Shown: positions 25,518-37,592, counted from the stretch's first letter. The stretch is DNA of 64,000 bases from Octopus sinensis (GCF_006345805.1 NC_042997.1:48608001-48672000), one strand, 5' to 3'. Translations and numbers: made by a program. The notes: generated by a model not told the origin, from the sequence alone.

Positions 25518-26014
25518 GTGTGTGTGTGTGTGTGTGTGTTTGTTTTCATGTTCAGTTATAATAAAAATAATTTTCAGATGTTACTCTATACTCTAGTATA
25601 GCATTGATTTATTAATCTTGAACAAGAATACTATTGAGAGTTACGTAGCAGGACGACTCTTTGAAGTCACTATCAACAACATTCTTGTTTAAGAATAATA
25701 TGTGTGTGTGTGTGTGTAAGCCTTTGGTTTCCTTCCCCAGCTAGACAAACGGTGTTGCTATGTTTACTTCCACATAAATGAGCGGGTGGTTCGACACAAG
25801 AAAAAGAGAAACGATAGCTTAAGTCCTTGTTTGAAAAATAATCACTGGTATCGAGTTGTTCGACTAAATCTCTCAATGTCGTGCCCCAGCATGTCAGCTG
25901 TTCAATAACGGAAACAAGCGAAAGAATATAAGAATATAGAGAAGTATGTGAGCATCTATACCAAATTGTAAACGTATTGAACGTATTTTTTTTACTTTCT
26001 TCGAGCATACTTAC

Positions 26015-26158
26015 AACAATGCCCTCTGTGTGAGCTTCTAACATTCTAAATTTGCTTTCTATGCAAAAACGTCTGCATCTAAATAGAAGAAATTTCTCTA
26101 ATGCTTCTACCGCTAGTGTTGACAACGATATAACAAAAACGAAGTAATGAAATTGCAT
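26015..26158 (-). CDS. Candidate first coding exon of a secreted protein: MQFHYFVFVISLSTLAVEA|LEKFLLFRCRRFCIESKFRMLEAHTEGIV
   Basis: First ATG after an in-frame TGA; hydrophobic core with AVEA-type cleavage site; exactly 48 codons ending at a consensus donor GTT|gtaagt (phase 0). Confidence 0.55.
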
Positions 26159-27061
26159 ACGGTAAATGTTCGTTCATAGTGAAATCTCCATTGTTGAACT
26201 ACAGCTTGTTCTAGATAGCTAATCTCAGTTATTTACTATGACGTTAGTTGATTTTTGTTGGACTTTTTTTTCTTCGTGATTGCAGATATTGGATATACAT
26301 TTGCCATAGGCCTTAAATAATTGGAGACTTTTGTTAGATAAGGAAACCAGTTTAGATACTAAGCAAATAAAATATCTTGTAAACAGATACACGCAAAAAC
26401 ATGTGCATCCTCTCATGTCAAGACAACATATATATAAGTGTAATATGTGTCTACGTGTACGCATACATGTAAGCACACAGCCATATTTATATATGCATAT
26501 ATAAAAATGTGTGTGTCGGTGTACGTGTGTAATGTTTTAGCTATTAACATTCCGCGTTCGATATCAGTATCAGTGGATGATACCTTCCACAAGCATCTAC
26601 TATATGCAATGACATGACCAAATATTTACGAGGCAGTTCAGAAGCTTCTCAAATATGTATGTGTGTGTGAGGGTGTATATGCATGTATTGTGTATATATA
26701 TATGCGCATGTGTGCATATCTATGTGTGAGTGTATGTGTATATTTGCGTTTGGGCTTATCTGTTACATTGCTAAAAAATTACGAATCACATCATAAGCGA
26801 TATCAGTAATAATAAAAGGTAATCGATATGTTTGGGAACATGAACGGTGCTCTGTTTAAAAATATAAACTAATAGAATCAATGAACTTGTTTCCGTCATG
26901 TCTGAATTCATCAGCGAAGACGATTAACCACACTTTACTAGACTTAAGCTGCTCAAAATATCGAAAGAGACAGAAAATAATTATTGATGCTTTTTCATTC
27001 TATATATAAACAATAAATGGGATAACAAAGTTATTTGCGAAGATTTCAATTTGCATACATA

Positions 27062-27257
27062 CGAGGTGAGTCAAAAATAATGCCATTTTGTTTAGGACAG
27101 TTATAATTACCAGCACAGGAACATGTATCATACATCAAAATGTAGCTGATCCTCTATGGCCCACATCCCTATTCCTCAACATAGTCACCGTTTCTCTCAA
27201 TAGCAATGTTCCACCTTCGAATGAGAGCGTGTATCCCTGGTCCGTAAAATTCTGTAA
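27062..27257 (-). mobile_element. Mariner 3' end with TIR
   Basis: Minus strand EFYGPGIHALIRRWNIAIERNGDYVEE*; terminus TA|CGAGGTGAGTCAAAA at 27060. Confidence 0.85.
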
Positions 27258-27510
27258 GCTATTATGAGTAAAATGCTTTCCTCTTTGATTTGCATAACCT
27301 ACATTGGGAATCTACTTGGATTTTGTCTATCTTGGCTTTTATCCAATTAGTCCTAAATGCTTGATCTTGTGCAGCTACTAACAAACTTTCTGTCTCCCTC
27401 TTCAGCTTTCCTTTCTGCAACCATAACCATGTCTCAATACTATTTTTGCAGCAACTATCTTTGCAAAATTGTCATGCAACACTTTCTACTGCCAGTGAAA
27501 TAATTTCTGT
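27258..27510 (-). mobile_element. R4/Dong fragment (CCHC region)
   Basis: KLKRETESLLVAAQDQAFRTNWIKAKIDKIQVDSQCRLCKSKEESI. Confidence 0.85.
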
Positions 27511-27523
27511 TCTTTATTCTGCA

Positions 27524-27582
<59 letters not shown>

Positions 27583-27617
27583 CACCATTATTAGTACTAT
27601 CGTCATCATCATCGTCG

Positions 27618-27666
<49 letters not shown>

Positions 27667-27894
27667 TATTAGTAGTAGTATTATTTTCATTAACATTTTC
27701 AATTCCGTTACCTTTTCTTGACACCTAAAGCAGAGAAATGTACTGTATAAATTGGTAGGCCATTTAAAGGAACACGCCAGATCATTTATTTACAAAGTCA
27801 TGTGATATTGAAAATGGGAAAGTCAGAAAGAAAAAGGAAAAAATAGAAAAAATAAAAAGTAAACAAATAAAATAAAGGAGGCAAAATAAAAGAA

Positions 27895-28550
27895 AATTCA
27901 CAGAGACAGTGTTCTTCTCAATACTTGTGGGGTACTAGTTAAGACAATCTTTTGCACTTCCTGCACGGATGGTAAGCCGGAGATCATTTTTGAATAATTT
28001 TCACTTCCTTTTTTGATCATTCCAAGTGCTTCTACAATCACTGGTATTGTAACTGTCTTGAGACGCCACATCTTTTCGATTATCACGTTTGACTTTTACT
28101 TCGTATTTGTAAAAGTTGACTCCAAATCTCACCCAAAGACCTCAAGAGACAACAGATTAGAAGTCCAAGTTGGTATTATGACTATAGTGCCATATCTTGG
28201 AGTTTGGACAGGGTATTCTTCTAGAGAATGTCAGTCAAATAATAAGAAAATTAGAAGTTTGTTTTAAAAGTAATTTGGTGGTAAGTGTGATGTTAAGATG
28301 ACTATAAAAGGTATTTGCTATTATGTACATTTAAAAGTAGTTTGACAATGCTTACAGACTGAATTATTTTTGCAATCATATAGACAAAATATTTCGTAGG
28401 ATATGGGTAGTTCCCATGAGTAAGATTCTAAAAAAGTTCTTCTATTTGTGGATTTCCTCATATCTGACGAAGCAATCACCCTCCTTTGATATCATTACTA
28501 GGGTACCTATGACAACAGGTATTGTTTAAGCTTTGAGGTTCCATATTTTG
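27895..28550 (-). mobile_element. R4/Dong RLE and C-terminus fragment
   Basis: IEKMWRLKTVTIPVIVEALGMIKKGSENYSKMISGLPSVQEVQKIVLTSTPQVLRRTLSL*. Confidence 0.85.
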
Positions 28551-28590
28551 CCATTTCGATTTTAATTTCTATTTATTATTATTATTATTA

Positions 28591-28636
<46 letters not shown>

Positions 28637-28774
28637 GTTATTATTATTATTCAGTAGTTTTATTTTTATAGCGTGCTTTCCCTTCACTACCGAGCACAGC
28701 TCTGTGTGCCTTGGGTATGTGCTGTGATTTGTTGTGATGCTCTGATGGTTATTGTATGGAAAGTGTTCTGCGTA

Positions 28775-28776
28775 GA

Positions 28777-28821
<45 letters not shown>

Positions 28822-28855
28822 TATTATTATTATTATTATCATCATCATCATCATC

Positions 28856-28886
<31 letters not shown>

Positions 28887-28916
28887 ATATTATTATTATT
28901 ATTATTATTATTATTG

Positions 28917-28978
<62 letters not shown>

Positions 28979-29280
28979 CCTGGCAGTATCGTTAGCACGC
29001 CAGGCGAAATACTTAGCGGTATTTCGCAGGTCACTACGTTATGAGTTCAAGTTACGCCGATGTCGACTTAGCCTTTCATCCTTTTGGAGTCGATAAAATA
29101 AGTACCAGTTGAACACATCCCTTCCCCTCAAATTACTGCCCTTGTGGCAAAATTGGAAACTATTATTATTAATATTATCATTATTATTATTATCATCATC
29201 ATCATCATCATCATCATCATTATTATTATTATTATTATTGTTGTTGTTGTTATTATTATTATTATTATTATTGTTGTTGT

Positions 29281-29313
<33 letters not shown>

Positions 29314-29331
29314 TATTATTATTATTATATT

Positions 29332-29375
<44 letters not shown>

Positions 29376-29380
29376 TATTA
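28775..29380. repeat. (ATT/ATC/GTT)n arrays flanking a Meta-core SINE remnant (about 28975-29160)
   Basis: Direct reading; SINE A/B boxes tggcagtatcgttagc and gagttcaag. Confidence 0.85.
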
Positions 29381-29598
29381 TTCTTCCTTTTCCCATCGCA
29401 TCCGTTTGCATCTCCAGCTTTCATTTCTTTCTGAAAATAACACAAGCGTTGGAATGTCAACCTAACTGACGTAGGAAAAAAACTTTGATATGCATCAATC
29501 ATTTCCTATTTTCTTTTTTCATTTCTACTCTTTCTTACACTTCCCTATCTTCACTTATTCCCACCCAACGCCATTGTATTATATATACTTCGACTTAC

Positions 29599-29823
29599 CC
29601 AAATTTTGTATTTGTTAACAATGTCATGCGATTAAATAATATGGTAGTGCATAATGGTCTCAGAGAGTAATGAACTTGACTGACCTGATTTTCGCGCCGA
29701 GATGGCTTCCGGTTGCCGGTACGTGATGTGGTCCTCTCTACGACATTCCAGTATATCCAGTGCAAACCATTGAAATGCTACCGTAACGCCTAGCGTGGCA
29801 TAGTTATATTACATAGATGTATG
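29599..29823. promoter_or_regulatory. Candidate CpG-containing (bidirectional) promoter / first-exon region
   Basis: TTTTCGCGCC (E2F-like, 29689), GATGGC (YY1-like core, 29701) and CTTCCGG (ETS-like, 29706) clustered; outward-facing donors GG|gtaagt on minus (29599) and ATG|gtaagc on plus (29823). Confidence 0.4.
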
Positions 29824-31133
29824 GTAAGCTGTTTATCATTCTCTGGTAATCTTTTAAGATGGAGTCGTAATAAAGTCATGTGTCTTGCTCATTTGTATCA
29901 GTTATAGAAAGGAATACTTCATGATTAATTACACCAGAATGCAGATTACTTGGAGAACTACGTCTCGCAGTAGACCTGTTGTGTTTTATTCAGCGATGTC
30001 AGATCAGGCCCCACATCGGAATGTGTTCGGCAAATGGGGAGATTAATGGTTTCTTGCATTAGCGAAAGGTTAGTAGTTTGGTGATAAAATAAAATCGATG
30101 TGGTACTTATTTTACCGAGGTAAGATTAACATTTGACATGGAATAAACAGACATGTTGTTAAATATTAAAACTGATAAGAAAAGCGTTAACGGTAAGACG
30201 AAACCTGGAAATACAGCAAATAGCTTTCATCTTAAAAAGGTCGCCTAATATTTGTCAGCGTAGTTCTGCAGAAAACAGACGGTATAGACAGGTCCAAAGC
30301 AATTTTGATGATAAATTTAATTGATCTGATAATAATGGTTATTTTTTTTTAATTCTTGGTTTTGGAATGCGTGGTTGAGATTCAAATTCATTCACCTCTT
30401 TTCTGTCAGTTTGAACAATATGTTAACTCCACCTTTATTGCTTCAATAATTTTTATATATAGTGCACCACAACCTCAATGTTATATAGTGTGAATATTAA
30501 TACATTAAAGCACAGAATATAATGAAATATTCAGAATGAATATAATGCCGTATAGATTGCATGAACATAATGTTATATAGATGGCATATGAGAAATGTGC
30601 TGGAAATTATAACGTAAAGTAGTTAAGGGTATCATATTAAGAGTCTAGACGACATAATGTTGACGGAAAGCTAATATTGCACGAACCTGCTGCTATTGTA
30701 ATACGTAAGAGAAATTCAATGAAGATCAGAGGAGAATTCAAAGAAAATTCTTATTATGACTACAACGTCAAAATTGAAGTAAGATGTAATAACAATTATA
30801 TTAAATTATGTAGGAATAGTCTCCTGTAGGATAAGCATTCTGGTTATCAAGTATTAGAATTAGAATATGAGAAAAAAAAGAGGCAATTGTGTTCGACATA
30901 GTTCAGAATATTGCAGCGAGCATAAGAGATGTTCAGCTAAAAAAATAATCGAATAAAATTAGCATAAAATGCATTGAAGCACAAGATTACTTGTTGTAAA
31001 TCGTTCCGGAGAGCAACAATGTCCGGTAAAATTCCACGAGAATTGAAATTTTAAAAAAAATGAATAAATAAAATGAAAATGAAATAATAATAATGATGAT
31101 GATTATGATGATGATGATGATGATGATGATGAA

Positions 31134-31206
<73 letters not shown>

Positions 31207-31639
31207 TTAATAATAGGAGTTTATAGGAATTTTAAGGTCAGATTAATTTTGAGTTTGAAATTTAAATTTCGCTTCGATTATTTTCTTTTTTTAAATATCT
31301 TTTGAGGAGATAGCCGGCAAGATTATTATACTATAATGAAGCCGTTCGGAGTTTGGAGGTGGGAGTTAAATTAATGAAAATTCTGATCTAACATTTTAAA
31401 ACATTAAAATTTTTTTTAAATATTAAAATAATTATTATAACAGGAACGGAGTGAAAAGCCCAACAGGATTAAAAGTATCAATGCTGAAGATTTTTAATTA
31501 CCAACCAACTAGGACTGGTGCTGTCGGTGATGTTGCCGACGATATAAATTTTTGATTGTTATTGATCATTCTCTTCTTTTTGTTATTTTTCTGCAATAAT
31601 GTAAATCTTTATTAGGTCATATTCTCTATTTCTTTCTCT

Positions 31640-31709
<70 letters not shown>

Positions 31710-31768
31710 GTATATATATATATGTGTGTGTGTGTGTGTATTATATATATATATATTGTGTATATATA

Positions 31769-31810
<42 letters not shown>

Positions 31811-31850
31811 AATAATAAATCTCTGAGCGAGATATAAACAGTAACTGTTC

Positions 31851-31994
31851 TATAACATAAGGGGGATCAGCTATCTGAATGTGACTAGGGACAGGGCGGG
31901 GTGGTGGGGGTGTGGGCTAAATGCATCAGTAACACCCCCACCACCCCGCCCTGTCCCTAGCCACATTCAGATGGCTGATCCCCCTTATGTTATA
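31851..31994. repeat. 144-bp GC-rich fold-back: about 63-bp arms, 2 mismatches, 18-nt loop
   Basis: tataacataagggggatcagctatctgaatgtgactagggacagggcggggtggtgggggtgt / acacccccaccaccccgccctgtccctagccacattcagatggctgatcccccttatgttata. Confidence 0.95.
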
Positions 31995-32027
31995 TATATA
32001 TATATAGAGGAGATGTACTTGCATAAC

Positions 32028-32262
32028 AAGTGATTTGATCTGAGATCGTGTGCTGATTGACATATATATATGTGACCTCGTGAGTACCGCTGGCGATTGT
32101 TTTCCTCTGTCTTCCCTTTTCGGGATCTTTCCTTCTCCTATGTTTCCGACGAAGAGCTCCGCTCGAACCGTTAAACCCTCCTTCTTCCCTTCTTTCCTGA
32201 ACGTCCAATAATACTTTATTCGTTCCACGTCCTCGCGTTGTTGTGTTTTCTTGTTTCGATTA
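32028..32262 (+). mobile_element. Penelope-like terminal repeat remnant with a degenerate minimal hammerhead motif
   Basis: gttt-CCGACGA-a-GAGC-tcc-GCTC-GAAC-cgtt-aaac at 32142-32176; sits between (TA)n arrays. Confidence 0.5.
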
Positions 32263-32297
32263 ACTATATATATATATATATATGCATGTATGTATGT

Positions 32298-32792
32298 ATT
32301 AACATTGCCATAGCGGGAGATTGTTCTGTCTCCAAAGCATTGCCGTAGCAACTGCATTGTTTCTCTTGCTGTATGAACAGTTGCCCTGTACTGCTTTGAC
32401 CATGTGTGATGTCTACTTTGAATGGCCTTCACACTGCCCAGACTTGCCTAGCCCGGATTTTTTTCTTGTAGAGATACCTACAAGAGAGTGTTTACGTTAA
32501 CAAACCGGAGACCCTGGTGCAACTAAATGAGAACATCAATAGACAAATCAGAGAAGTGGGGTCTGAAATTCTTGAGGGTATTATGGTGCAAGTTTTGGAA
32601 AGAGCACGGGCGTGCGAAGCCGGAAGTGGCTGCCATTTAAGCGATGTCATTTTTCATATCTGATACAGTGGTATTTTAAAATTTGACTGGTGCATGTTAA
32701 TTTCTATTATGTCCTTTATATTCTATACAGTTATTCGTAATTTTCAGGAAGTTATTTAAAATTGAAACTCATCAATGACTTTTGGAACACCC

Positions 32793-32794
<2 letters not shown>
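32298..32794. mobile_element. DD41D-like (rosa/Visitor) Tc1/mariner remnant with internal inversion and right TIR
   Basis: Minus 32432-32298: ATVHTARETMQLLRQCFGDRTISRYGNVN; plus 32435-32663: CPDLPSPDFFL*RYLQESVYVNKPETL...CEAGSGCHLSDVIFHI*; TIR gacttttggaacaccctg ending at 32794. Confidence 0.8.
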
Positions 32795-32832
<38 letters not shown>

Positions 32833-32859
32833 TATACACATACAATACAATAGCGTCCA

Positions 32860-33505
32860 GCTCTGACCTTTGTATAACATTCAATACGGAAATGAGGTAC
32901 TAACCCTTCTACAGTTTTCAGTATGTAGATTATTGCACATTTATCGCGCCTTCGCCCCAGAAGTAAAGTCTGAGTTTTTTTCAGTTTCTCCCTGTAGCTC
33001 ACCCACTGCGCTCTTTCGATCTTTTTAGTGTAGTAATGTTGGACCGTTTCAAGTTCCGCTGTTAGTTTGGCACTATGTGCTGATCATACATGAGAGCAGT
33101 GGTCCAGACGGCTGAGAACAAAGGTCCTCCACAGGTTCAACATAACTTCTTGGTCTCTTGTCTTGAAGGACCTTAGTATTCATCCTGCCAGTTGTCTTCA
33201 CTTTACTGCCATCTTCGTAATGTACTACTTATGAAATTATGCTTCATTACACAACGGTTCCCAAGTTTTTCACTCCCTGCGACTCTGAGATTGCAGTGAC
33301 TTCGGGTCCTCTATATGCAAGCTCCGGAGCATTTGACAGTTAACAGTGCAGTGCTTGAATATTGCCAGCATCTAACTGCATGTTGTTTACTTTAGTCCAC
33401 ATGTTTATTGCATTCAGATCCCGCCGTGAACTTGCGGCGTCATGTTGCCTTTTTAGTGCCTGTGATAATCTTGTATCATCAGCATATCTATTGCCATACA
33501 AATAA
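32860..33505 (-). mobile_element. Decayed CR1/L2-group RT fragment
   Basis: YADDTRLSQ...WTKVNNMQLDAG...ILRSFKTRD...SYREKLKK...GRRRDKCAIIYILKTVEGLVP. Confidence 0.85.
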
Positions 33506-33579
33506 TGTCCATATATGTATGTGTATGTGTGCGTATGTGTATGCGTTTGTGAGCGTGTTCGTGCGTATATGTATGCGTG

Positions 33580-33634
<55 letters not shown>

Positions 33635-33747
33635 GTATATATATATATAAAACGTATAAATAAATATTGTGTGTTTGTGTGTGCATATGTGCATGTGTGC
33701 GCGGTTATGTGTGAGTGTGTGTGGGTGTGTGGGTGTGGTCCTGTGTG

Positions 33748-33809
<62 letters not shown>

Positions 33810-34660
33810 TGTATGTATGTATTTCCGAAAAGAACAAAAAATAAAGTCAACACTTGTGGAACATGAACTCAGAACCTAAAGTCGTGTGAAATTCCTCTAA
33901 GCATTTTTTCCAGCATGTAAACGACTCTGCTATGTCACCAATAAAGCTTTGTACATTTTGTACAATAAAGCTTTGTACTTAATAAAGCTTTGTACATTAA
34001 GCACAGGACCTGAATTTTTGGAGAATGCGATAAATCGATTACATAACCACGGTACACAACTGGAACATATTTTATCGACTTTGGAAAGGATGAAAGGCAA
34101 TGTGGGCTCGGCAGAATTTGAACTCAGAATGTGCATATGGACGAAATACCGCTAGATTATGATTCTACCAGCTTCCCACTTTAAAAATGCATTCTGTAAC
34201 ACCATAGAAAACTAAACAACGGCAACCTAAATACTTCAAGACCACCACCGACTACAATAAACCTATCTTAAGAAACAAACAAACGGACTGACGAAACTGC
34301 TTCGGCAAATAAATCTCTTTCACAGAAGAGTTGTTTTTTCTTTCCTTTTTTTCTCTTTTTTATTATCGACCGAGGATTAAATTACACAGATTAAAAATGA
34401 AAATAATTATCTGACACTGACTGTTAATTAAAAATGCTGAGGTTTAAAATACTACAGATATATTATATGATATATATACATTTACATATATATATAACGA
34501 TATATATCATACATAATTATATATGTATATATATAAATGTTTATTATTATTATTATCATCATTATTAATATTATTATTATTATTATATAATATATACATA
34601 TATACATATATATGTATATATATACATATACATATATATATACATATATATATATGTATA

Positions 34661-34697
<37 letters not shown>

Positions 34698-34760
34698 GAA
34701 TATATGCATATATACATATATATATATGCATATATATATATGTATATGTATATATGCATG

Positions 34761-34809
<49 letters not shown>

Positions 34810-35155
34810 GAAATGGGTGGAAGGAAATACTTTCAGGGCAATATAGCATTTTCTTTTCGTCTTGTTTTTCGTAAGAGTATGTTTTTGTATAAATATAAAA
34901 TTAGATAAAAAATCAATGAATATTGATCTTCTATAGATTTATAGAGAAGATGAAAGACGCTATTTAAAGTAAAGTTCAATGGAAATAGTGTCACAAATGA
35001 AAAGATTGTCTTCAACTTCTCTAAAAGTAAATCCGACTCCTATTTTCACCTGTTTCATTATTGGTTTCCGTTGATTACATGTAATCAACCTTTCAGGAAT
35101 ATCAATTATTTAATTAATACTTAAAACGCCAGAAGTTTTAGAATTTTCCTCCCAG

Positions 35156-35186
35156 ATATTTATTAGAGACAGACGAATAGAAGTCA
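35156..35186 (+). CDS. Weak candidate exon IFIRDRRIEV (31 nt, phase 0-1)
   Basis: gaattttcctcccag| acceptor and |gtaagt donor; no homology recognised. Confidence 0.25.
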
Positions 35187-35404
35187 GTAAGTATCCTTGG
35201 TTTCACGGTATGCTTATAAATATATATATATATATATATATTTATTTCAGCAAAACAATTTAGATTCAAATGAATATGGTACTTAACTTAGATGCACCAG
35301 AATTTTTTTATGGTATCACCCATAAAATTATGTGGGGTGATTATAACTCAAAAATAAGCAACAAGAATGGATTGGTAATTTAGTACTATTGTTTCATACT
35401 TTGG

Positions 35405-35444
<40 letters not shown>

Positions 35445-35547
35445 TATATACATACACATACATACTCACAAATGCTATGCTACCAAAAGTGCCTTTGTGT
35501 GGTCATTGGACTTTTTGATTGATGCGGTTATGTTTACTTTTAAAAAG

Positions 35548-35648
35548 CTGCAATTCGACACCAGCAGGAAAATCATATGCAGGAAGATATTGCAGAGAAC
35601 CGACCGTCTGCTGAGACAGCAATAAACATAGCTGTTTTATGGAATTTG
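35548..35648 (+). CDS. Weak candidate exon (T)AIRHQQENHMQEDIAENRPSAETAINIAVLWNL (101 nt, phase 1-0)
   Basis: Donor TTG|gtgagc; acceptor ttttaaaaag is weak; phase-compatible with 35156-35186. Confidence 0.2.
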
Positions 35649-35932
35649 GTGAGCATGGATATTGTATGTATGACGAGACAAAGAGTTTCGATTGAATTGA
35701 ACTTGTCTGATTGGATATGACACAAAACAAGACGACTAAGTGTAAGTAAGAACATTGTAGTAACAGTATAACAATTATGCACATTGACAGCATTGCTGAA
35801 GCTCAAATGTTAGTCTGGCTTTCTCAGCATTAGTTGCTGTCTCTCAGTGGAGTACTTTTGCATACCCCGTTGTGATACACATTGATAGTGTTTACTTCCG
35901 CTGTAAAGCAGACACATATATAGGCATATACC

Positions 35933-35967
<35 letters not shown>

Positions 35968-35969
35968 GT

Positions 35970-36311
35970 GGAGGCGCAATGGCCCAGTGGTTAGGTTTCG
36001 ATTCCCAGACTGGGCGTTGTGAGTATTTATTGAGCGAAAACACCTAAAGCTTCACGAGGCTCCGGCAGGGATGGTGGTGATGCTTTCACCACAACTTTCT
36101 CTCACTCTTACTTCCTGTTTCTGTTGTACCTGTATTTCAAAGGGCCGGCCTTGTCACTCTCTGTGTCACGCTGAATATCTCCGAGAACTACGTTAAGGGT
36201 AAACGTGTCTGTGGAGTGCTCAGCCACTTACACGTTAATTTCACGAGTAGGCTGTTCCGTTGATTCGGACCAACCGGAACCCTCGTCGTCGTAACCGACG
36301 GAGTGCTTCCC
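35970..36311 (+). mobile_element. tRNA-derived SINE, same head as 10561 (with deletions), tail type C
   Basis: ggaggcgcaatggcccagtggttagg...gagcgaaaacacctaaagc; tail ttcaaagggccggccttgtcactc...gtaaccgacggagtgcttcca. Confidence 0.9.
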
Positions 36312-36350
36312 ATATATATATCTATATCTATATATATATATATATATATA

Positions 36351-36588
36351 CAGGGTGGCTCAAAAGTAGGTTTACATTTATTCAACTACCTCTTTCGCAT
36401 TCATATATTAACAGCGTAGATCTTAATTATAAAAAAAATATGAAACCATCATTCTATTCTAATTTAGTGAATTGTGTTAAGCTCCGTTTTCAGTTTGTAA
36501 GATAGAAATTTAAATGTGCCTAAGTCATAACTGAAAGAAATTTAAAGTGCCTAAGTCATAACTGTAAACCTACTCCTGGGCCACCCTG
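36351..36588. mobile_element. Tc1/mariner-type MITE, 238 bp, 26-bp TIRs, TA flanks
   Basis: CAGGGTGGCTCAAAAGTAGGTTTACA vs CAGGGTGGCCCAGGAGTAGGTTTACA (3 mismatches); TA on both sides; internal direct repeat gtgcctaagtcataactg x2. Confidence 0.9.
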
Positions 36589-37089
36589 TATATACATGTG
36601 TGTGTCTGTGTATGTGTTTGTGTGTGCGCATGCGTGTGTGTGTGGTACAAATTTGGATGTGTGCGTAAAATAAAAGACACGTCTTCTCTGCTTAAATTCC
36701 AATACAGTTGTGTCCTCAATATAATATGTCTCAGGAGAATACTCATTCAATATGTGTGTGAGTGTGCGTGCGTGTGTGTGTGTGTGTGCATGGGTACACA
36801 CACCATTCGATCTGAATTTGACGGTTTTTACGTAGCTTTTTTTTTCAAGAACAGCTTTATGTATAAACAAACAGCTAACGGCATTGCAAAGCAGAAAGAC
36901 TAAATTTACATTGCGAAAATGTTAGCTGACATAGAGGAGAGGAAGACTTGTGAATATTGGAAAAATTTACCTGTATCAAGATGATTCACGCCGGGGACAA
37001 AATAGCGGCATCATCACTGCTACTTAATATTCTGCGAACAATGTAAGCGCTATAAGACATGATATTGACAGCTGCAACGGAAACAACAA

Positions 37090-37485
37090 AGCCGTGGCAA
37101 GTAGATTGCAGTGTTCTTTGATTGTATCTCCAATAATGGTGATGTCACGACTCCGTACCCTTGAATACAGACTTAGTCTCAATTCAAATACCTATGTGAA
37201 GGTGCCGGAGCCAGTGATCAATCCCTCACAGACGGTCGCTGTTCCAGCGGTATTCGACTCTTTGCCATACATCGGAAATAGTCAGAAGTGGTTGACGAAG
37301 AATTTCTACAACTTCATCAATCCCAATTTCTCGCCAAACACTTCTCCTGATTGTAATCCCTAGATTTATGTGTGGTGGAAGTTTGAGAAAGATAGCAACC
37401 ATTCTGCCTGCAACACGATGGCTGAGCTGGTGGTTAAGATCAAAAAGGTGTTTGAAGATCTCATCTTGGACCAATGAGCATAAAA
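37090..37485 (+). mobile_element. maT/DD37D-like transposase fragment
   Basis: DS..YIGNSQKWLTKNFYNFINPNFSPNTSPDCNP followed by YVW..EKDSNHSACNTMAELVVKIKKVFEDL. Confidence 0.75.
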
Positions 37486-37592
37486 GTTTGACTTAGATTC
37501 GCCCCAGTTTTTGCCATCAAACAAATAGCAACGTAAAAAATGTATTATACGACTAAGAACGTGTATACAGATATAAATACACAAACAGTGAC

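Noticed and set aside
30480-31070. Possible R2/NeSL-like C-terminal remnant; similar impressions at 14400-15050 and 46250-47150
   Set aside because: Too decayed; no diagnostic motif could be read confidently.
33340-34908. Long ORFs rich in HT, YI, CV (and poly-I/L/S/D elsewhere in the track)
   Set aside because: Translations of (CA)n, (TA)n, (AAT)n and (TAG)n microsatellites, not genes.
35573-35806. Minus ORF ending FIAVSADGRFSAISSCI*, WD40-like
   Set aside because: Single short motif followed at once by a stop, with no donor and no further repeats.
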